DNA from: an uncultured Verrucomicrobiae bacterium
Lineage (GTDB): Bacteria; Verrucomicrobiota; Verrucomicrobiia; Chthoniobacterales; UBA10450
Assembly (NCBI GenBank): GCA_963735805.1
Contig: CAVTMK010000004.1
Location: 768,001-832,000, forward strand
Direction of reading: 5' to 3'
DNA: 64,000 bases
The notes below the pieces were generated by a model. That model was not told the DNA's origin and ran no database searches. It saw nothing but the letters and a program-made list of their open reading frames with translations. Position 1 is the stretch's first letter; every line of letters begins with the position of its first letter. The translations under genes and the position numbers were made by a program. Shown piece after piece: positions 37,025 to 47,648 of this stretch.

Positions 37025-37165
37025 AAATGACGAAAATCCAGAACGACGAATGACGAAGCCCGAATAAGGGCGTGATTGTTAAATCGTAGCAACATTGCAT
37101 CGGTTCGCGGTCCAAATGTTTTGGCGATCTGCGAAACCAGCTGCTTCGTCATCGTCTTCATTCAT
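37025..37165. repeat. Degenerate (A)ATGACGA heptamer repeats with an inverted counterpart
   Basis: aatgacgaa…aacgacgaatgacgaag (37025-37058) versus cttcgtcat…ttcattcat (37144-37165). Confidence 0.5.
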
Positions 37166-37251
37166 GGTTGAACGCGCAACTACAAGCGGCGGTCAAATTT
37201 AGCTCGCACAAGAACCGGTCGAGTCGGCAAGATCAATATTTCGTGTAACCG

Positions 37252-38289
37252 ATGCACAAAAATAATCACAAACTGCGGATTGGAATTGTCGGAGCGGGCA
37301 ACATTGTTCGCGCGCGCCACTTGCCAGCCCTCAAAAACCATCCCGAGGTGGAGATTGTGGCCGTCTCTAATTCCACCTACGAAAGCTCGGAGAAATTTTG
37401 CCAGGAATACTGTTCGTCAGCTACGCCGATGCGAAACTGGGCCGAACTGCTGGCCCTCCCGGATATCGACATCATCTGGATCGGGACCCCGCCAGTGATG
37501 CACTCGGCGGTGACTATCTCGGCATTGGAGGCTGGTAAACACGTTTTCTGTCAGGCGCGCATGTCGATGGACTTGGCGGAATCCGAGGAAATGCTTGCCG
37601 CCTCAAAGCGGTATCCCGAACTGGTTACCATGCTTTGTCCGCCCCCGATGGGAATGCGCGCTGATTTACTTGTGAAAAAACTTCTGGCCGAGGATTACAT
37701 CGGTCGTCCGCATCACGTGCGATTACAAAGTTTTACCAGCAACTATCTGGATATGAGTGCTCCGTCACATTGGCGCCAGAAGATTGAAATCAGCGGACTT
37801 CACGTCCTCACATTGGGGATCTATATCGAAGTGTTGCAGCGCTGGCTTGGAGACATCAATGGCGTCTTCGCTCGCGGCAAACTCATTCAGCCAATCCGTC
37901 AGGGTTATGAGGTCATTATTCCTGATCTGCTCACCGTTCTTTGCGCTTTCGATAACGGCGCAGAAGGCGTGCTCGAATTCAGTGGGATCGACGCGTTGGC
38001 GCCAAGTGATCGGGTGGAAATTTACGGCAGCAGCGGCACGCTCACTTACGATTTCGATTCTGATGTAGTGCAAGCCGGTAAGCTTGGCGATCGCGGACTG
38101 CACGTTATCGAACTTCCCTCGGAATTAGAGACCGAGTGGCGGGTGGAGGAAGACTTTCTAGCCGCGGTAAAATCGAAGGGCCGCGTGCGTCCCCATCCCA
38201 ATTTCGAGGACGGCCTTCGTTACATGCGCGTCGTGCAAGCCGTTGCTGATTCTCGGGCCCGAAACGAATGGGTAGCCGTTAAGCGTTAA
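37252..38289 (+). CDS. Gfo/Idh/MocA family oxidoreductase
   Basis: IGIVGAGNI Rossmann motif; ALEAGKHVFCQ. Confidence 0.88.
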   Translation: MHKNNHKLRIGIVGAGNIVRARHLPALKNHPEVEIVAVSNSTYESSEKFCQEYCSSATPMRNWAELLALPDIDIIWIGTPPVMHSAVTISALEAGKHVFCQARMSMDLAESEEMLAASKRYPELVTMLCPPPMGMRADLLVKKLLAEDYIGRPHHVRLQSFTSNYLDMSAPSHWRQKIEISGLHVLTLGIYIEVLQRWLGDINGVFARGKLIQPIRQGYEVIIPDLLTVLCAFDNGAEGVLEFSGIDALAPSDRVEIYGSSGTLTYDFDSDVVQAGKLGDRGLHVIELPSELETEWRVEEDFLAAVKSKGRVRPHPNFEDGLRYMRVVQAVADSRARNEWVAVKR

Positions 38290-38306
38290 GTACAACACGC
38301 TTCTCG

Positions 38307-38885
38307 TTAGGGCGTCATCGCGTTTCCCACGAGAAGGCGCCTCACGATCAGTGACCAGACCAGCAGTGTGATCAGTTGGTACCACGCGAAAAACCGGTCA
38401 TAGCCGCGTCGACGGGCAATGAGTCCACCGCCAGCCAACACCGCATATTGACCCACAAAAGGCAGGTACCAAATCGGGTGAAAGATATCTCCGTGGATTG
38501 CGGTTTGGGTAATGTCCAGCAAACACATCGCAATGAACGTCGAATAATAGCCCGAGCGGTTTCGTTCGAAGCGACCCTGGTGTTCTTCTGCTTCGGATAG
38601 ATCGGGCGGGTAAAGGAACACGGTCAACATGTAAAGAGTGATCGTCCAGACGATCAGCACGAGGAACTTGTCGAAGCTCCAGTTGACCTCCGTATTCCAC
38701 TTGAATGTGATCCACCATTGCAAGGCCAGTAGTAAGAGCGTCGCGAGAGTTAGGACAATGTGGACTTCATCGAGTGGATTCTCGTTCCGGCGGTAAAACG
38801 CCCGGCCAGCACCGGCGAGCAGATTGGTCACGCCGAGACCAATGATGATCGACATCAACGCCGCGATAAACTCGAAGCTGCTCAT
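38307..38885 (-). CDS. Hypothetical multi-TM membrane protein
   Basis: MSSFEFIAALMSIIIGLGVT…; ~6 TM helices; start uncertain (38885 or 38906). Confidence 0.7.
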   Translation of the reverse strand: MSSFEFIAALMSIIIGLGVTNLLAGAGRAFYRRNENPLDEVHIVLTLATLLLLALQWWITFKWNTEVNWSFDKFLVLIVWTITLYMLTVFLYPPDLSEAEEHQGRFERNRSGYYSTFIAMCLLDITQTAIHGDIFHPIWYLPFVGQYAVLAGGGLIARRRGYDRFFAWYQLITLLVWSLIVRRLLVGNAMTP

Positions 38886-38963
38886 CAGGTTCTGCTGGTT
38901 CTGCATCGCGTGCGACCTTAACGCAGGCTCATTCGTGAAATCGAGCGGCAAATGGCCATTTGA

Positions 38964-39806
38964 CTAGCGCGCTCCAAGCGAAGTGGGTCTGGCTAACAAC
39001 CACTCCATTGCCTTATTCAAGTCGGCCAGCGCAGTTCCTTCGATCGGATCATTGTGATGGGCGCCGCGCAATGAGATTACATGTTTCTCGCCGGCATAAG
39101 CATCGACCACCAGCCGGTGATACCGAGCCGGAACGATTTCGTCTTTTTCCGCAAGCAGAAAAATGGCTGGCGCGTGAATTGCGTTCGCGTTTGCAATGCT
39201 GTCGAGATCTTTCGGAATTTGTAATGCAACAGGACCTGCCAGCAGCCATAAATTCCACCAGCCAAATCGCCGCAGAATCATTTCGCGTAACGGTGGAGGA
39301 TTCTGCAGAATTAATCCGGTAACCGGGCGATGCGCTGCTACATGAAGCGCAGCGGTCGCACCGAGGCTCGTCCCAAAAGGGATAATTGGCCGGTCGCCTG
39401 CACGGCGCCGTAATTCATCAAACGCTGCAAGCGCCGCCGGCCCGATCTTGGAAAGCCGCGCCAGCCCGGTGCTGCCGCCGAATCCAGGATAATTCATTCC
39501 CCAGATTTCGATTGCGCGATCATTCCAAATCTCCGCCTCAGCAGCGGGCCAACGCTCAGCGCGGTCAGCGTTACCATAAAAACGCAACACATAAACGTCC
39601 GCTTCGGCTTTGGATCGCGCCAGCGGGGATTGCGCCGTCCAGATTTCCAATTGTTCGTTTTCAAACGGAATAGTTTTTCGAACCGCGCTACCCGCATCGA
39701 TTGGTGTCCTTGTTGGAAACAGAATCAGGTGGTCCGGCAAATGACCGAAAAATATCACGGCGAAATATACGACGCCGATTGCAATTAAGCGCCAGGACGA
39801 CGGCAA
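38964..39806 (-). CDS. Alpha/beta hydrolase
   Basis: NYPGFGGS, GTSLG nucleophile elbow, DEIVP and GAHH. Confidence 0.85.
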   Translation of the reverse strand: MPSSWRLIAIGVVYFAVIFFGHLPDHLILFPTRTPIDAGSAVRKTIPFENEQLEIWTAQSPLARSKAEADVYVLRFYGNADRAERWPAAEAEIWNDRAIEIWGMNYPGFGGSTGLARLSKIGPAALAAFDELRRRAGDRPIIPFGTSLGATAALHVAAHRPVTGLILQNPPPLREMILRRFGWWNLWLLAGPVALQIPKDLDSIANANAIHAPAIFLLAEKDEIVPARYHRLVVDAYAGEKHVISLRGAHHNDPIEGTALADLNKAMEWLLARPTSLGAR

Positions 39807-39932
39807 TATCTTTACTTTCGTGATCAGAGAACTGCGTGCGTGGAAACTTTCTTAAGCCTGCAATTTTCGAGAATCGGTTCTTGTGATGCAAGTCCCGCAA
39901 TTAGGCGACTTTTCTAGCACATAACCGCAGGT

Positions 39933-41351
39933 ATGATTGGACTTGTGCAATCCTCCGCAGAAAGGAAAGCGGTTTACGGTGCCTTGCGTGAATCAGTGAA
40001 ACCTGATGTAGCGAGCGCGATTGAGAACCTCATTGATCAGGCGCCGGATGCCGAGCTCTCTCGCGTGAACGCACTGGCGTTCGCGGTCCGTCACAGCCTG
40101 AACGAAGAAGATGTGATCGCCGGTCTTCTGCACGCGTCCCGCCTCGGATTGTTCGACCTGGCGTGGAATATTCTTTGTCCTGGCTGCGGTGGCGTTCTGA
40201 ACACTGGCGAAACGTTAAAGACGGTGAATCAGGACGAATACAGTTGCGCGCTTTGCGCCTGTGGTTACGAGCCGACTCTGGATGAAATGGTCGAAGTCAC
40301 ATTTACCGTCAGCCCGCACGTGCGAAAAATCGCTGCGCATGCTCCGGACACGTTGCCGTGGATCCAGTATTTCAAACAGGTGTTCTGGAGCTCCGGGGTT
40401 GATATGCCAGACGATGAAGAGTTGGCCAAGCTGGTGGACGAAATCACGCTAGACACAATCGAGCTGCCGCCTGGTGAGAAAGTCGTGTTGTCATTGGAGT
40501 TGCCAAAGGAGTTCGTAATCATTTTCGATCCAGTCGCCCACCTGGCGCATTTCATTGACGTAAAAGGCGAGGCGACTGGCGAACAGCAATCACTGTCTTT
40601 TGTTATGACCAACGATCAGGCACCGACTGCAACGACGCAGATGCGTCCGGGACCTGTGCGCATTTTCCTGGAGAACCGGTCCACACGGCGGACGTTGCCC
40701 GGCCTCTGGATCGCAGGCGACAAGCTGCATCATCTTCTCGGCAGGCGCCGGCCATTCCTGACGGCGAAGCGGCTGCTCAGCAACCAAACGTTCCGTGATA
40801 TTTATCGTACCGACACGCTGTCGGTAGATCAGCGGCTCAAGATCACGAGCCTGACATTTCTCTTCACCGACCTCAAAGGCTCCACCGAACTGTACGAACG
40901 CGTAGGCGATCTTGTAGCGTACGATCTGGTGCGCGCCCATTTCCGGTTGCTCAACGAAATCGTCGCGGCCGAAGGTGGCGCAGTGGTGAAAACAATCGGG
41001 GATGCGGTGATGGCGACGTTCCCGACACCGGAGCGCGCGATGGCTGCGGCACTCCGAATGCGCGATGCGTTGAAGGAGTTAAACGAAGAGTTGGTGTTGA
41101 AAATCGGAATTCACCAAGGGCCATGTCTCGCAGTGTCCCTCAACGATCGACAGGATTATTTTGGGCAGACTGTGAACATCGCTTCGCGCGTTCAGGGCCT
41201 GGCCAACGCAAGTTCGATTTTCGTTACGCGCCAGGTTGTCGAGCACAGCGAGGCATCAAAGCTTCTACGAGCAAGCGGCGCGGAGCCAACGGCGCACCGG
41301 CGTTCCTTGCGTGGTATTGCCACCCAGTTCGAGATATTCGAAATCGCGTGA
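39933..41351 (+). CDS. Class III adenylate/guanylate cyclase with N-terminal DUF5939-like domain
   Basis: FTDLKGST, KTIGDAVMA and DYFGQTVNIASR; N-terminal CPGC/CALC. Confidence 0.9.
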   Translation: MIGLVQSSAERKAVYGALRESVKPDVASAIENLIDQAPDAELSRVNALAFAVRHSLNEEDVIAGLLHASRLGLFDLAWNILCPGCGGVLNTGETLKTVNQDEYSCALCACGYEPTLDEMVEVTFTVSPHVRKIAAHAPDTLPWIQYFKQVFWSSGVDMPDDEELAKLVDEITLDTIELPPGEKVVLSLELPKEFVIIFDPVAHLAHFIDVKGEATGEQQSLSFVMTNDQAPTATTQMRPGPVRIFLENRSTRRTLPGLWIAGDKLHHLLGRRRPFLTAKRLLSNQTFRDIYRTDTLSVDQRLKITSLTFLFTDLKGSTELYERVGDLVAYDLVRAHFRLLNEIVAAEGGAVVKTIGDAVMATFPTPERAMAAALRMRDALKELNEELVLKIGIHQGPCLAVSLNDRQDYFGQTVNIASRVQGLANASSIFVTRQVVEHSEASKLLRASGAEPTAHRRSLRGIATQFEIFEIA

Positions 41352-41430
41352 CGGTTCACGCTCGTCATGTGTCCCAATTTAAAGACCTGCAGCGCGTTTG
41401 CCTGGGGACAGGCTGCACCCGGTTCAAATT

Positions 41431-41964
41431 TTAGCTTTTCTTTAAATCCGCTAAATCTTTTAGCACCTGCTCGCTATGTTCGGCGGGCTTCACGCCAGTA
41501 TAAACTTTTGCGACTTCGCCTTTGGGATTAATAATGAATGTATTGCGCGCGGCGAGTTTGCTTCCTTTGTAATCCATCACAGATCCATACTCAGTCGAAA
41601 CTTTCGCATCTGGATCGGCGAGCAGCTTGAAGTTGAGTCCTTCCTTCGTGCAGAAATCCTTGTGCGATTGAGCGGTGTCCACGCTCACACCCAGAATCAC
41701 TACTCCAGACTCCTGGTATTTTGCCAGATCACGCTGGAAGTTGCGCGCCTCCAGGGTGCAGCCACTGGTGAAATCTTTCGGGTAAAAATAAAGCACCACC
41801 CATTTTCCGAGACAATCCTTCAGGCTCACCCGCGAACCGTCGCCAGTCGTTAGGCTGAACTCAGGAGCTGGTTTTCCGACCTCTGGTTGCTGTTGCGTTT
41901 CCGCCGCGCCCACGAATCCTAGTGTAGTGAATCCAACTGCTATCGATAAGAATATTTTGTTCAT
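41431..41964 (-). CDS. Peroxiredoxin (BCP/PrxQ), exported
   Basis: FYPKDFTSGCT (PxxxTxxC); signal peptide. Confidence 0.9.
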   Translation of the reverse strand: MNKIFLSIAVGFTTLGFVGAAETQQQPEVGKPAPEFSLTTGDGSRVSLKDCLGKWVVLYFYPKDFTSGCTLEARNFQRDLAKYQESGVVILGVSVDTAQSHKDFCTKEGLNFKLLADPDAKVSTEYGSVMDYKGSKLAARNTFIINPKGEVAKVYTGVKPAEHSEQVLKDLADLKKS

Positions 41965-42023
41965 TTTCGCATCTCCTGATTTCTGACGAAGCTACCAATG
42001 TTTGAATTGCAATCAAAAGGAAG

Positions 42024-42557
42024 ATGATCTCGCTAATCTGGACAGTTGGTCATTCGACGCGGGCGATCGACGAATTCATTTCATTACTTCAGGCACATCA
42101 CATCAAGCTCCTCGCCGATGTTAGAAGCTTGCCCGGATCGAGGCGTTATCCGCAGTTTAATCAGGAGACACTCGCTGACTCGTTAGGCAAAGTTGAGATC
42201 CGCTACGAACATTTTCCCCAACTTGGCGGACGACGAAAGCCAAGTTTGGATTCACGTAATCTCGCCTGGCGTAATGCCTCATTTCGTGGTTACGCCGATT
42301 ACATGGAAACAGATAAATTCCACAAAGGTATCGAGCGTTTTCTCAATCTCGCAAGCGAGTCAGGACCAACTGCCATCATGTGTGCAGAAGCGGTTTGGTG
42401 GCGTTGTCATCGGTCACTGATTTCCGATTACCTTAAGGCGCGCGGCGTCGAGGTGATGCACATCCTCGATGCAAATAAAACTCAGCTGCATCCGTACACT
42501 TCGGCAGCGCGAGTTGTGAACGGGAAACTTAGTTACGCAGAAAACACACTGCTGTAG
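42024..42557 (+). CDS. DUF488 family protein
   Basis: TVGHS, DVRSLPGSR, LGGRR and CAEAVWWRCHR motifs. Confidence 0.9.
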   Translation: MISLIWTVGHSTRAIDEFISLLQAHHIKLLADVRSLPGSRRYPQFNQETLADSLGKVEIRYEHFPQLGGRRKPSLDSRNLAWRNASFRGYADYMETDKFHKGIERFLNLASESGPTAIMCAEAVWWRCHRSLISDYLKARGVEVMHILDANKTQLHPYTSAARVVNGKLSYAENTLL

Positions 42558-42649
42558 CAAAAGTCGATGACCGCCGGCGTGATTAGGAAGGCCGATTCGC
42601 GTTCTGACGCTCACTGTCTTCACCAGCTCCGACGCGGAGTAGCGGGCTG

Positions 42650-43159
42650 CTATTTCTTATTCCAGTCTCGATGCGCGATGTGCGCCGGAACAGGTGGCCT
42701 CTGCTTCTCGTCTTCCATCATTCGCTCAGTTAGCCATTCGACCCATTCAAAGTATGTGTCTCGTTGAGCGTCTCTGCGCAGATCTGCGATGTAGCGGGAT
42801 AACTTTCTCCAGGAGGCAACAATGGGGCCACTAAAAAAATCACCGACCAGATCAAGCGTCACCTCGCGACGAAATACCAGCAGGCCAAGACTTTCCCAGG
42901 TTAACGAAACCATGTAAACGGCGTCTTCGCCATCCGGTCCGAGTAATTCATGGATCTTCTTTGCGTCGGCGCCATCTGGAAGTGAGAGCACGCGGCGAAG
43001 TGCACTGGTAAACACCGGACTCTGGAATGATTTCACAAGCTCAAGCATCGCTTCCCTTCGCCTTTGTTGGCGGTAATAACGAATTTGCACCCCTGCGAAA
43101 ATGACGCCGGCCGTCACGGCAAAAGCATTGATTAGATTTGCGAGAGTCGAGAGGTCCAC
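42650..43159 (-). CDS. Hypothetical protein with N-terminal TM (DUF4760-like)
   Basis: GTG start 1 bp after the serpin stop; N-terminal TM; WESLGLLV…YFEWVEWL. Confidence 0.6.
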   Translation of the reverse strand: MDLSTLANLINAFAVTAGVIFAGVQIRYYRQQRRREAMLELVKSFQSPVFTSALRRVLSLPDGADAKKIHELLGPDGEDAVYMVSLTWESLGLLVFRREVTLDLVGDFFSGPIVASWRKLSRYIADLRRDAQRDTYFEWVEWLTERMMEDEKQRPPVPAHIAHRDWNKK

Positions 43160-43160
43160 C

Positions 43161-44426
43161 TCAGCGAGGATCGGTTACACGGCCGAGAAAAAGACAGACG
43201 CCGCTGGGCACATGCTGAATTGCATAGACGAACGGCCGATCGACCTTCACCTCAATTGGCGGCGGTTTTGGGCCCCGCATCGCCGTGGCCCTCATCATTA
43301 CAACGGCAGTCGCGGCGGCCGCTTCCGTTCCCTTTTCGTCCACAGCAATGAAGGTCTTGTGAAAGACATTGGAGATGTAGAGGTAATCATTCGGCTTGCG
43401 TGGCGCCATCTTGTCGAAATTGGCGCTACCTCGCGGAATATCGAATGCGCTTTTCATTCCAAGTGCCTGAAGTTTTTCCGCGAGGGCAACGGTCGGCGGT
43501 TCGAGCTTGAACTTTGGCAAATGCAGATCGACATCCCGCGCTTCGAGCCTCGCGCATCCTGCTAAAACGTCCGCGGTGAGCTTCGTTTCCAATGCATGCA
43601 GACCATTTATCTCGTCGGGAAGAAGAATGAGAAATTGGAGGTCGTCTCCAATATAGGGAACGCTGACTGCCAGGAAGCCCTCGCGCTTGGCATAGCCAAA
43701 TCGCGCGGTTTTTCGCATCATCGGAACATTTACCGGAGCGCCGCCGCGGATGTAGAACAATTCTGGCTGCGTTGTCTTTTCGGAAAATGCATCCGCCCAA
43801 GGTGCTTTGAGATAAAGTGCGTTCGCCAGCACGAGCCGTGTCAGCTTATTCAGTGCGTTCGCAGGGATGAGATCTCGAATTTTATCGTGCGTCTGGTCTG
43901 CCACCCATTGGTTGATGTGCTGTGTCGCGGCCGCGGGATCTGCAACGAAATTGAGCGGCTCAAATGCAGCGCCGTAGTTTTGTTTTACCAGCGACAAAAA
44001 ATTCTGACGAAAATCATAGTCTTTTTGAGCGAAGAGGCGGTTGGCGATGTTTAGCGTCATTGGTTCGCTCGGGCCGCCAAATTCCTTGGATTTCTTCACC
44101 ATTTCGGCCGTCTTCATGCTCATTTCTTCCAAAGAATACTGGAGGGAAGCGAACGACGCAGACACCGCGCTCGGGTCAGTTGGAAAATGGAGCACGCTCG
44201 CCATCTCGGTGCGGGTGTCGCCATCAGCGCCGGCGAACGTCATCGCGAGGGCGTTTTCAATCGAATAGGGTGAAATGCAAAGGTTGTCGTTGCCTGTGGC
44301 GAGTTGGCGGTGAAGATCGACAGCGAACTCGTTTGTCGCTTTTGCCGCCAGGTCGAAATTTGTCGCGGCGTGCGCCATTGCAGGGACCAAAGCGCCGAAT
44401 AGCTGCAATATCAAAAGGCGTTTCAT
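43161..44426 (-). CDS. Serpin (serine protease inhibitor), secreted
   Basis: ISPYSI, NALYLKAPW, hinge VDEKGTEAAAAT and DRPF…LFLGRV. Confidence 0.94.
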   Translation of the reverse strand: MKRLLILQLFGALVPAMAHAATNFDLAAKATNEFAVDLHRQLATGNDNLCISPYSIENALAMTFAGADGDTRTEMASVLHFPTDPSAVSASFASLQYSLEEMSMKTAEMVKKSKEFGGPSEPMTLNIANRLFAQKDYDFRQNFLSLVKQNYGAAFEPLNFVADPAAATQHINQWVADQTHDKIRDLIPANALNKLTRLVLANALYLKAPWADAFSEKTTQPELFYIRGGAPVNVPMMRKTARFGYAKREGFLAVSVPYIGDDLQFLILLPDEINGLHALETKLTADVLAGCARLEARDVDLHLPKFKLEPPTVALAEKLQALGMKSAFDIPRGSANFDKMAPRKPNDYLYISNVFHKTFIAVDEKGTEAAAATAVVMMRATAMRGPKPPPIEVKVDRPFVYAIQHVPSGVCLFLGRVTDPR

Positions 44427-44560
44427 GCAAGCCATGAAACATTAAAATGGCGAAGCTTGCGACGCTATTTTGGCGCGTTCGTCTCAGTGTTGATGGCCTG
44501 TGCCAGGATCATGCCGGGTTCGACCCGTTGAAGAGCGCGCGTTCCGTGTGACAATTTCCC

Positions 44561-46366
44561 ATGGATGAAGCAAAAATCCCGACTCGCGCTGATATCTCCG
44601 ACTCTGACAAGTGGGACCTGAAGCATGTTTTTGCTAATGTCGGCAAATGGCAGGAAGACTTTGCCTGGCTCCAGCAAACCTACCCAAAGTTTCAGGACTG
44701 GAACGGCAGAGTAGGGGAGTCGGCGGAGACGCTGGCAGCACTACTCGAATTCGAAAAGTCGCTCGATTTGAAGTTCGAGCGCATTTATCACTACGCGTCA
44801 CTGCAACTGGCGGAGGATAGCACCAACAACGAATATCTTACACGGATTGGACAGGTTCAGAATCTGCTCACAAAGATCGGCGAAACAGCCGCGTTTGTTG
44901 TTCCCGGAATTCTGTCGATTGGTGACGCAACATTTGCCAAATTTGTTGCCAACCCTGTGCTCGCTGAATGGCGGATCAAGTTGCACAAGATTCGCCGAAT
45001 GAAACCGCATGTGTTGTCGGTACCCGAGGAACGTCTTCTTGCGCTGGGCAGCGTCGCGCTGAGCGGTTACGATGACACTTTTTCACAACTGACCGACGTG
45101 GACATGAAGTTCGGCGCCGTGACCGACGCGGCCGGTCGCGAGAAACCGCTTACCCAAAGCTCGTTCAGCTCATTCCTGGTCAAGCGTGACCGTGGGCTAC
45201 GCCAGCGCGCTTTTCATCAATTCCATGCAGAATTTCGCGACCATCAGTATACGCTTGCCGCGTCACTTGCTTACTCGGTCAAAGCAGATGTCTTCCACGC
45301 GCAAGCGAGACATTATTCGTCTGCTCTCGAGGCTGCACTATTCCCGGATGATGTGCCGATGGCGGTTTATGACGGGTTGATTCGATCGGTTCGCGTAAAT
45401 TTGAAACCGCTTTTTCGCTATTTCGATTTGCGCCGCCGAGCGCTTGGGTTGCAGGAACTGCATCACTACGACACCTACGTGCCGCTTGTTCCGGAAATCG
45501 AGACTCGTTTCACGTTCGATCAGGCCACCGAAATGGTCTTGGACGCGCTCGAACCGCTTGGGAAGGAATATGTAGATACTCTCGCCGAAGGGCTACGTAC
45601 CCGTCGCTGGTGTGATCGATACGAGACGAAGGGCAAACGCAGCGGCGCGTTTTCATCCGGAAGCTATCAAGCGCCTCCCTACATTCTGATGAATTATAAG
45701 GAGGATGTCTTCTCCGATGTGTATACGCTTGCACACGAAGCGGGTCACTCGATGCACAGCTGGTTCTCGCAAAATTCACAGCGGTTTCAGGATTACGAGT
45801 ATCCGATTTTCCTGGCCGAAGTTGCATCGACGTTTAACGAGGAGCTCCTCACCGATCATCTGCTCAAAACGACGGACAATCCCAAGATGCGCGCCTACAT
45901 TATCAACCGGCAGATCGACGACCTGCGCAGCACATTGTTCCGGCAGACCATGTTTGCTGAATTTGAAAAGATAATTCACGCTATCGAAGAAAGCGGCGAC
46001 GCGCTGACCCTTGACGTTTTTAGATCCCATTATCACAAGCTGCTCGAAACCTATTTTGCCGAAAACTTCGTGCTCGATCCGGAGCTGGATTTGGAATGCC
46101 TGCGTATTCCGCACTTCTATCACGCGTTCTATGTCTACAAGTATGCGACGGGAATTTCAGCTGCGGTGACGCTTTCGCAGCGCGTGCTTTCCGGAGAGCC
46201 AGGAAGCGTGGAAGCGTACCTTGGTTTTCTGCGTTCCGGTGGCTCGAAGTTTCCACTGGAAACATTAAAGGCAGCAGGAGTGGACATGACCACGCCCACG
46301 CCGACTGAGAGCACTTTGCGTTTATTCGAACAACGGCTCGACGAGTTCGAATCGCTGTTGCTGTAA
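44561..46366 (+). CDS. pepF: Oligoendopeptidase F (M3B)
   Basis: GKRSGAFS, HEAGH, AEVAS and RIPHFY…FYVYKYATG. Confidence 0.94.
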   Translation: MDEAKIPTRADISDSDKWDLKHVFANVGKWQEDFAWLQQTYPKFQDWNGRVGESAETLAALLEFEKSLDLKFERIYHYASLQLAEDSTNNEYLTRIGQVQNLLTKIGETAAFVVPGILSIGDATFAKFVANPVLAEWRIKLHKIRRMKPHVLSVPEERLLALGSVALSGYDDTFSQLTDVDMKFGAVTDAAGREKPLTQSSFSSFLVKRDRGLRQRAFHQFHAEFRDHQYTLAASLAYSVKADVFHAQARHYSSALEAALFPDDVPMAVYDGLIRSVRVNLKPLFRYFDLRRRALGLQELHHYDTYVPLVPEIETRFTFDQATEMVLDALEPLGKEYVDTLAEGLRTRRWCDRYETKGKRSGAFSSGSYQAPPYILMNYKEDVFSDVYTLAHEAGHSMHSWFSQNSQRFQDYEYPIFLAEVASTFNEELLTDHLLKTTDNPKMRAYIINRQIDDLRSTLFRQTMFAEFEKIIHAIEESGDALTLDVFRSHYHKLLETYFAENFVLDPELDLECLRIPHFYHAFYVYKYATGISAAVTLSQRVLSGEPGSVEAYLGFLRSGGSKFPLETLKAAGVDMTTPTPTESTLRLFEQRLDEFESLLL

Positions 46367-46424
46367 GCCGTCTATGTCAGAGGGCATGGTGTTTGCGTTG
46401 GCGTCTCACAGAAACGTTCTACAA
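46362..46424. repeat. Degenerate REP-like doublet
   Basis: tgtaagccgtctatgtcagagggc … ggcgtctcacagaaacgttctaca. Confidence 0.5.
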
Positions 46425-46432
46425 CTTCCAAT

Positions 46433-47593
46433 ATGCAGCTCGATCCGGAAGGAGTTCGCCAGCGATTAGAACCTCTGTTCCGGGAAAACTTCGAAAAGTT
46501 TGGAGAGTTGGGCGCGGCGGTTTCTATCTGGCAAGATGGAAAACCAGTTGTCGATCTTTACGGCGGATTTTGCGATACCCGCCATGAAAAACCTTGGGAA
46601 GCCGGGACGCTCGTCCTCATCTGGTCCGCTACCAAGGGAATTGGCAGCGCATGTCTCCTGCACGTGTTACAAGAGCATAAGGTCGATATAAGCACTCCAG
46701 TAGCGGAATTTTGGCCGGAATTTGCTCAATCCGGCAAAGAAAAGATCACGCTTGCGCAGCTTGTTTCACATCAAGGCGGTCTTTGCGCGCTGGATCAGCG
46801 AGTCGACATACTCGACTACAATGCAGTGATTGGGGCAGTTGAAGCGCAGAAACCGTTGTGGCCCCCAGGGAGCGCACATGGTTATCACGCTCGCACGTTT
46901 GGATTCCTGCTGGATGAACTCGTGCGTCGAATCACGGGAAAAACGCTGTCGCGGTATTGGCGCGAAGTGTTTGCCGAGCCGCTTGGTCTCGATCTTTGGA
47001 TCGGTTTGCCGGAAAAAGAAAATTCACGCGTTGCAACTATTTACGCTGCAAAAAGCGGCAACCCGCCGGAGGCGAAAAACCGCGAGTCCGGTTCGGACTT
47101 TTATGTTGATCTGGTCACGCCCGGCACACTGGCGCGCAAAACATTTACGTCACCATACGGATTGCAGTCCGTTAGCGGTATGAACACTCCCGCTATCCGC
47201 GCCCAAACAATCGTTTCATTTGGCGGGATCGGGACTGCGTCCGCGCTTACAAAGTTTTATTCCATGCTTGCGAGTGGCGGAGAATTCGGTGCGCAACGCT
47301 TTTTCTCGAGCGAAACGATTGCATGGATGACCACCACGCTGGCGGATGGCTCAGACCGGGTCTTTCAAATGCCGACAGCGTTTTCGGCCGGGTTCATGAA
47401 AGATCCGCGAAGCACAACGCGTAGACTGTTCGGCCCGTCGACGAACGCATTCGGTCATCCGGGCGCCGGCGGCGCCAACGTCTTTGCCGATCCTGAAAAC
47501 AGACTTGCCTTCGCATACACCATGAACCAAATGGAACAGCAGATCTTGCCTAACGAGAAATCCTTGCGCCTGATCGATTCCATTTACGAGTAG
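46433..47593 (+). CDS. Serine hydrolase, beta-lactamase/family VIII esterase-like
   Basis: SATK (SxxK), HGYH and FGHPGAGG. Confidence 0.9.
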   Translation: MQLDPEGVRQRLEPLFRENFEKFGELGAAVSIWQDGKPVVDLYGGFCDTRHEKPWEAGTLVLIWSATKGIGSACLLHVLQEHKVDISTPVAEFWPEFAQSGKEKITLAQLVSHQGGLCALDQRVDILDYNAVIGAVEAQKPLWPPGSAHGYHARTFGFLLDELVRRITGKTLSRYWREVFAEPLGLDLWIGLPEKENSRVATIYAAKSGNPPEAKNRESGSDFYVDLVTPGTLARKTFTSPYGLQSVSGMNTPAIRAQTIVSFGGIGTASALTKFYSMLASGGEFGAQRFFSSETIAWMTTTLADGSDRVFQMPTAFSAGFMKDPRSTTRRLFGPSTNAFGHPGAGGANVFADPENRLAFAYTMNQMEQQILPNEKSLRLIDSIYE

Positions 47594-47648
47594 GCACTCG
47601 AACCAGCTGGACTTGAGTGTCACCGCATCCCGGCTGGCAGCGCGATCC

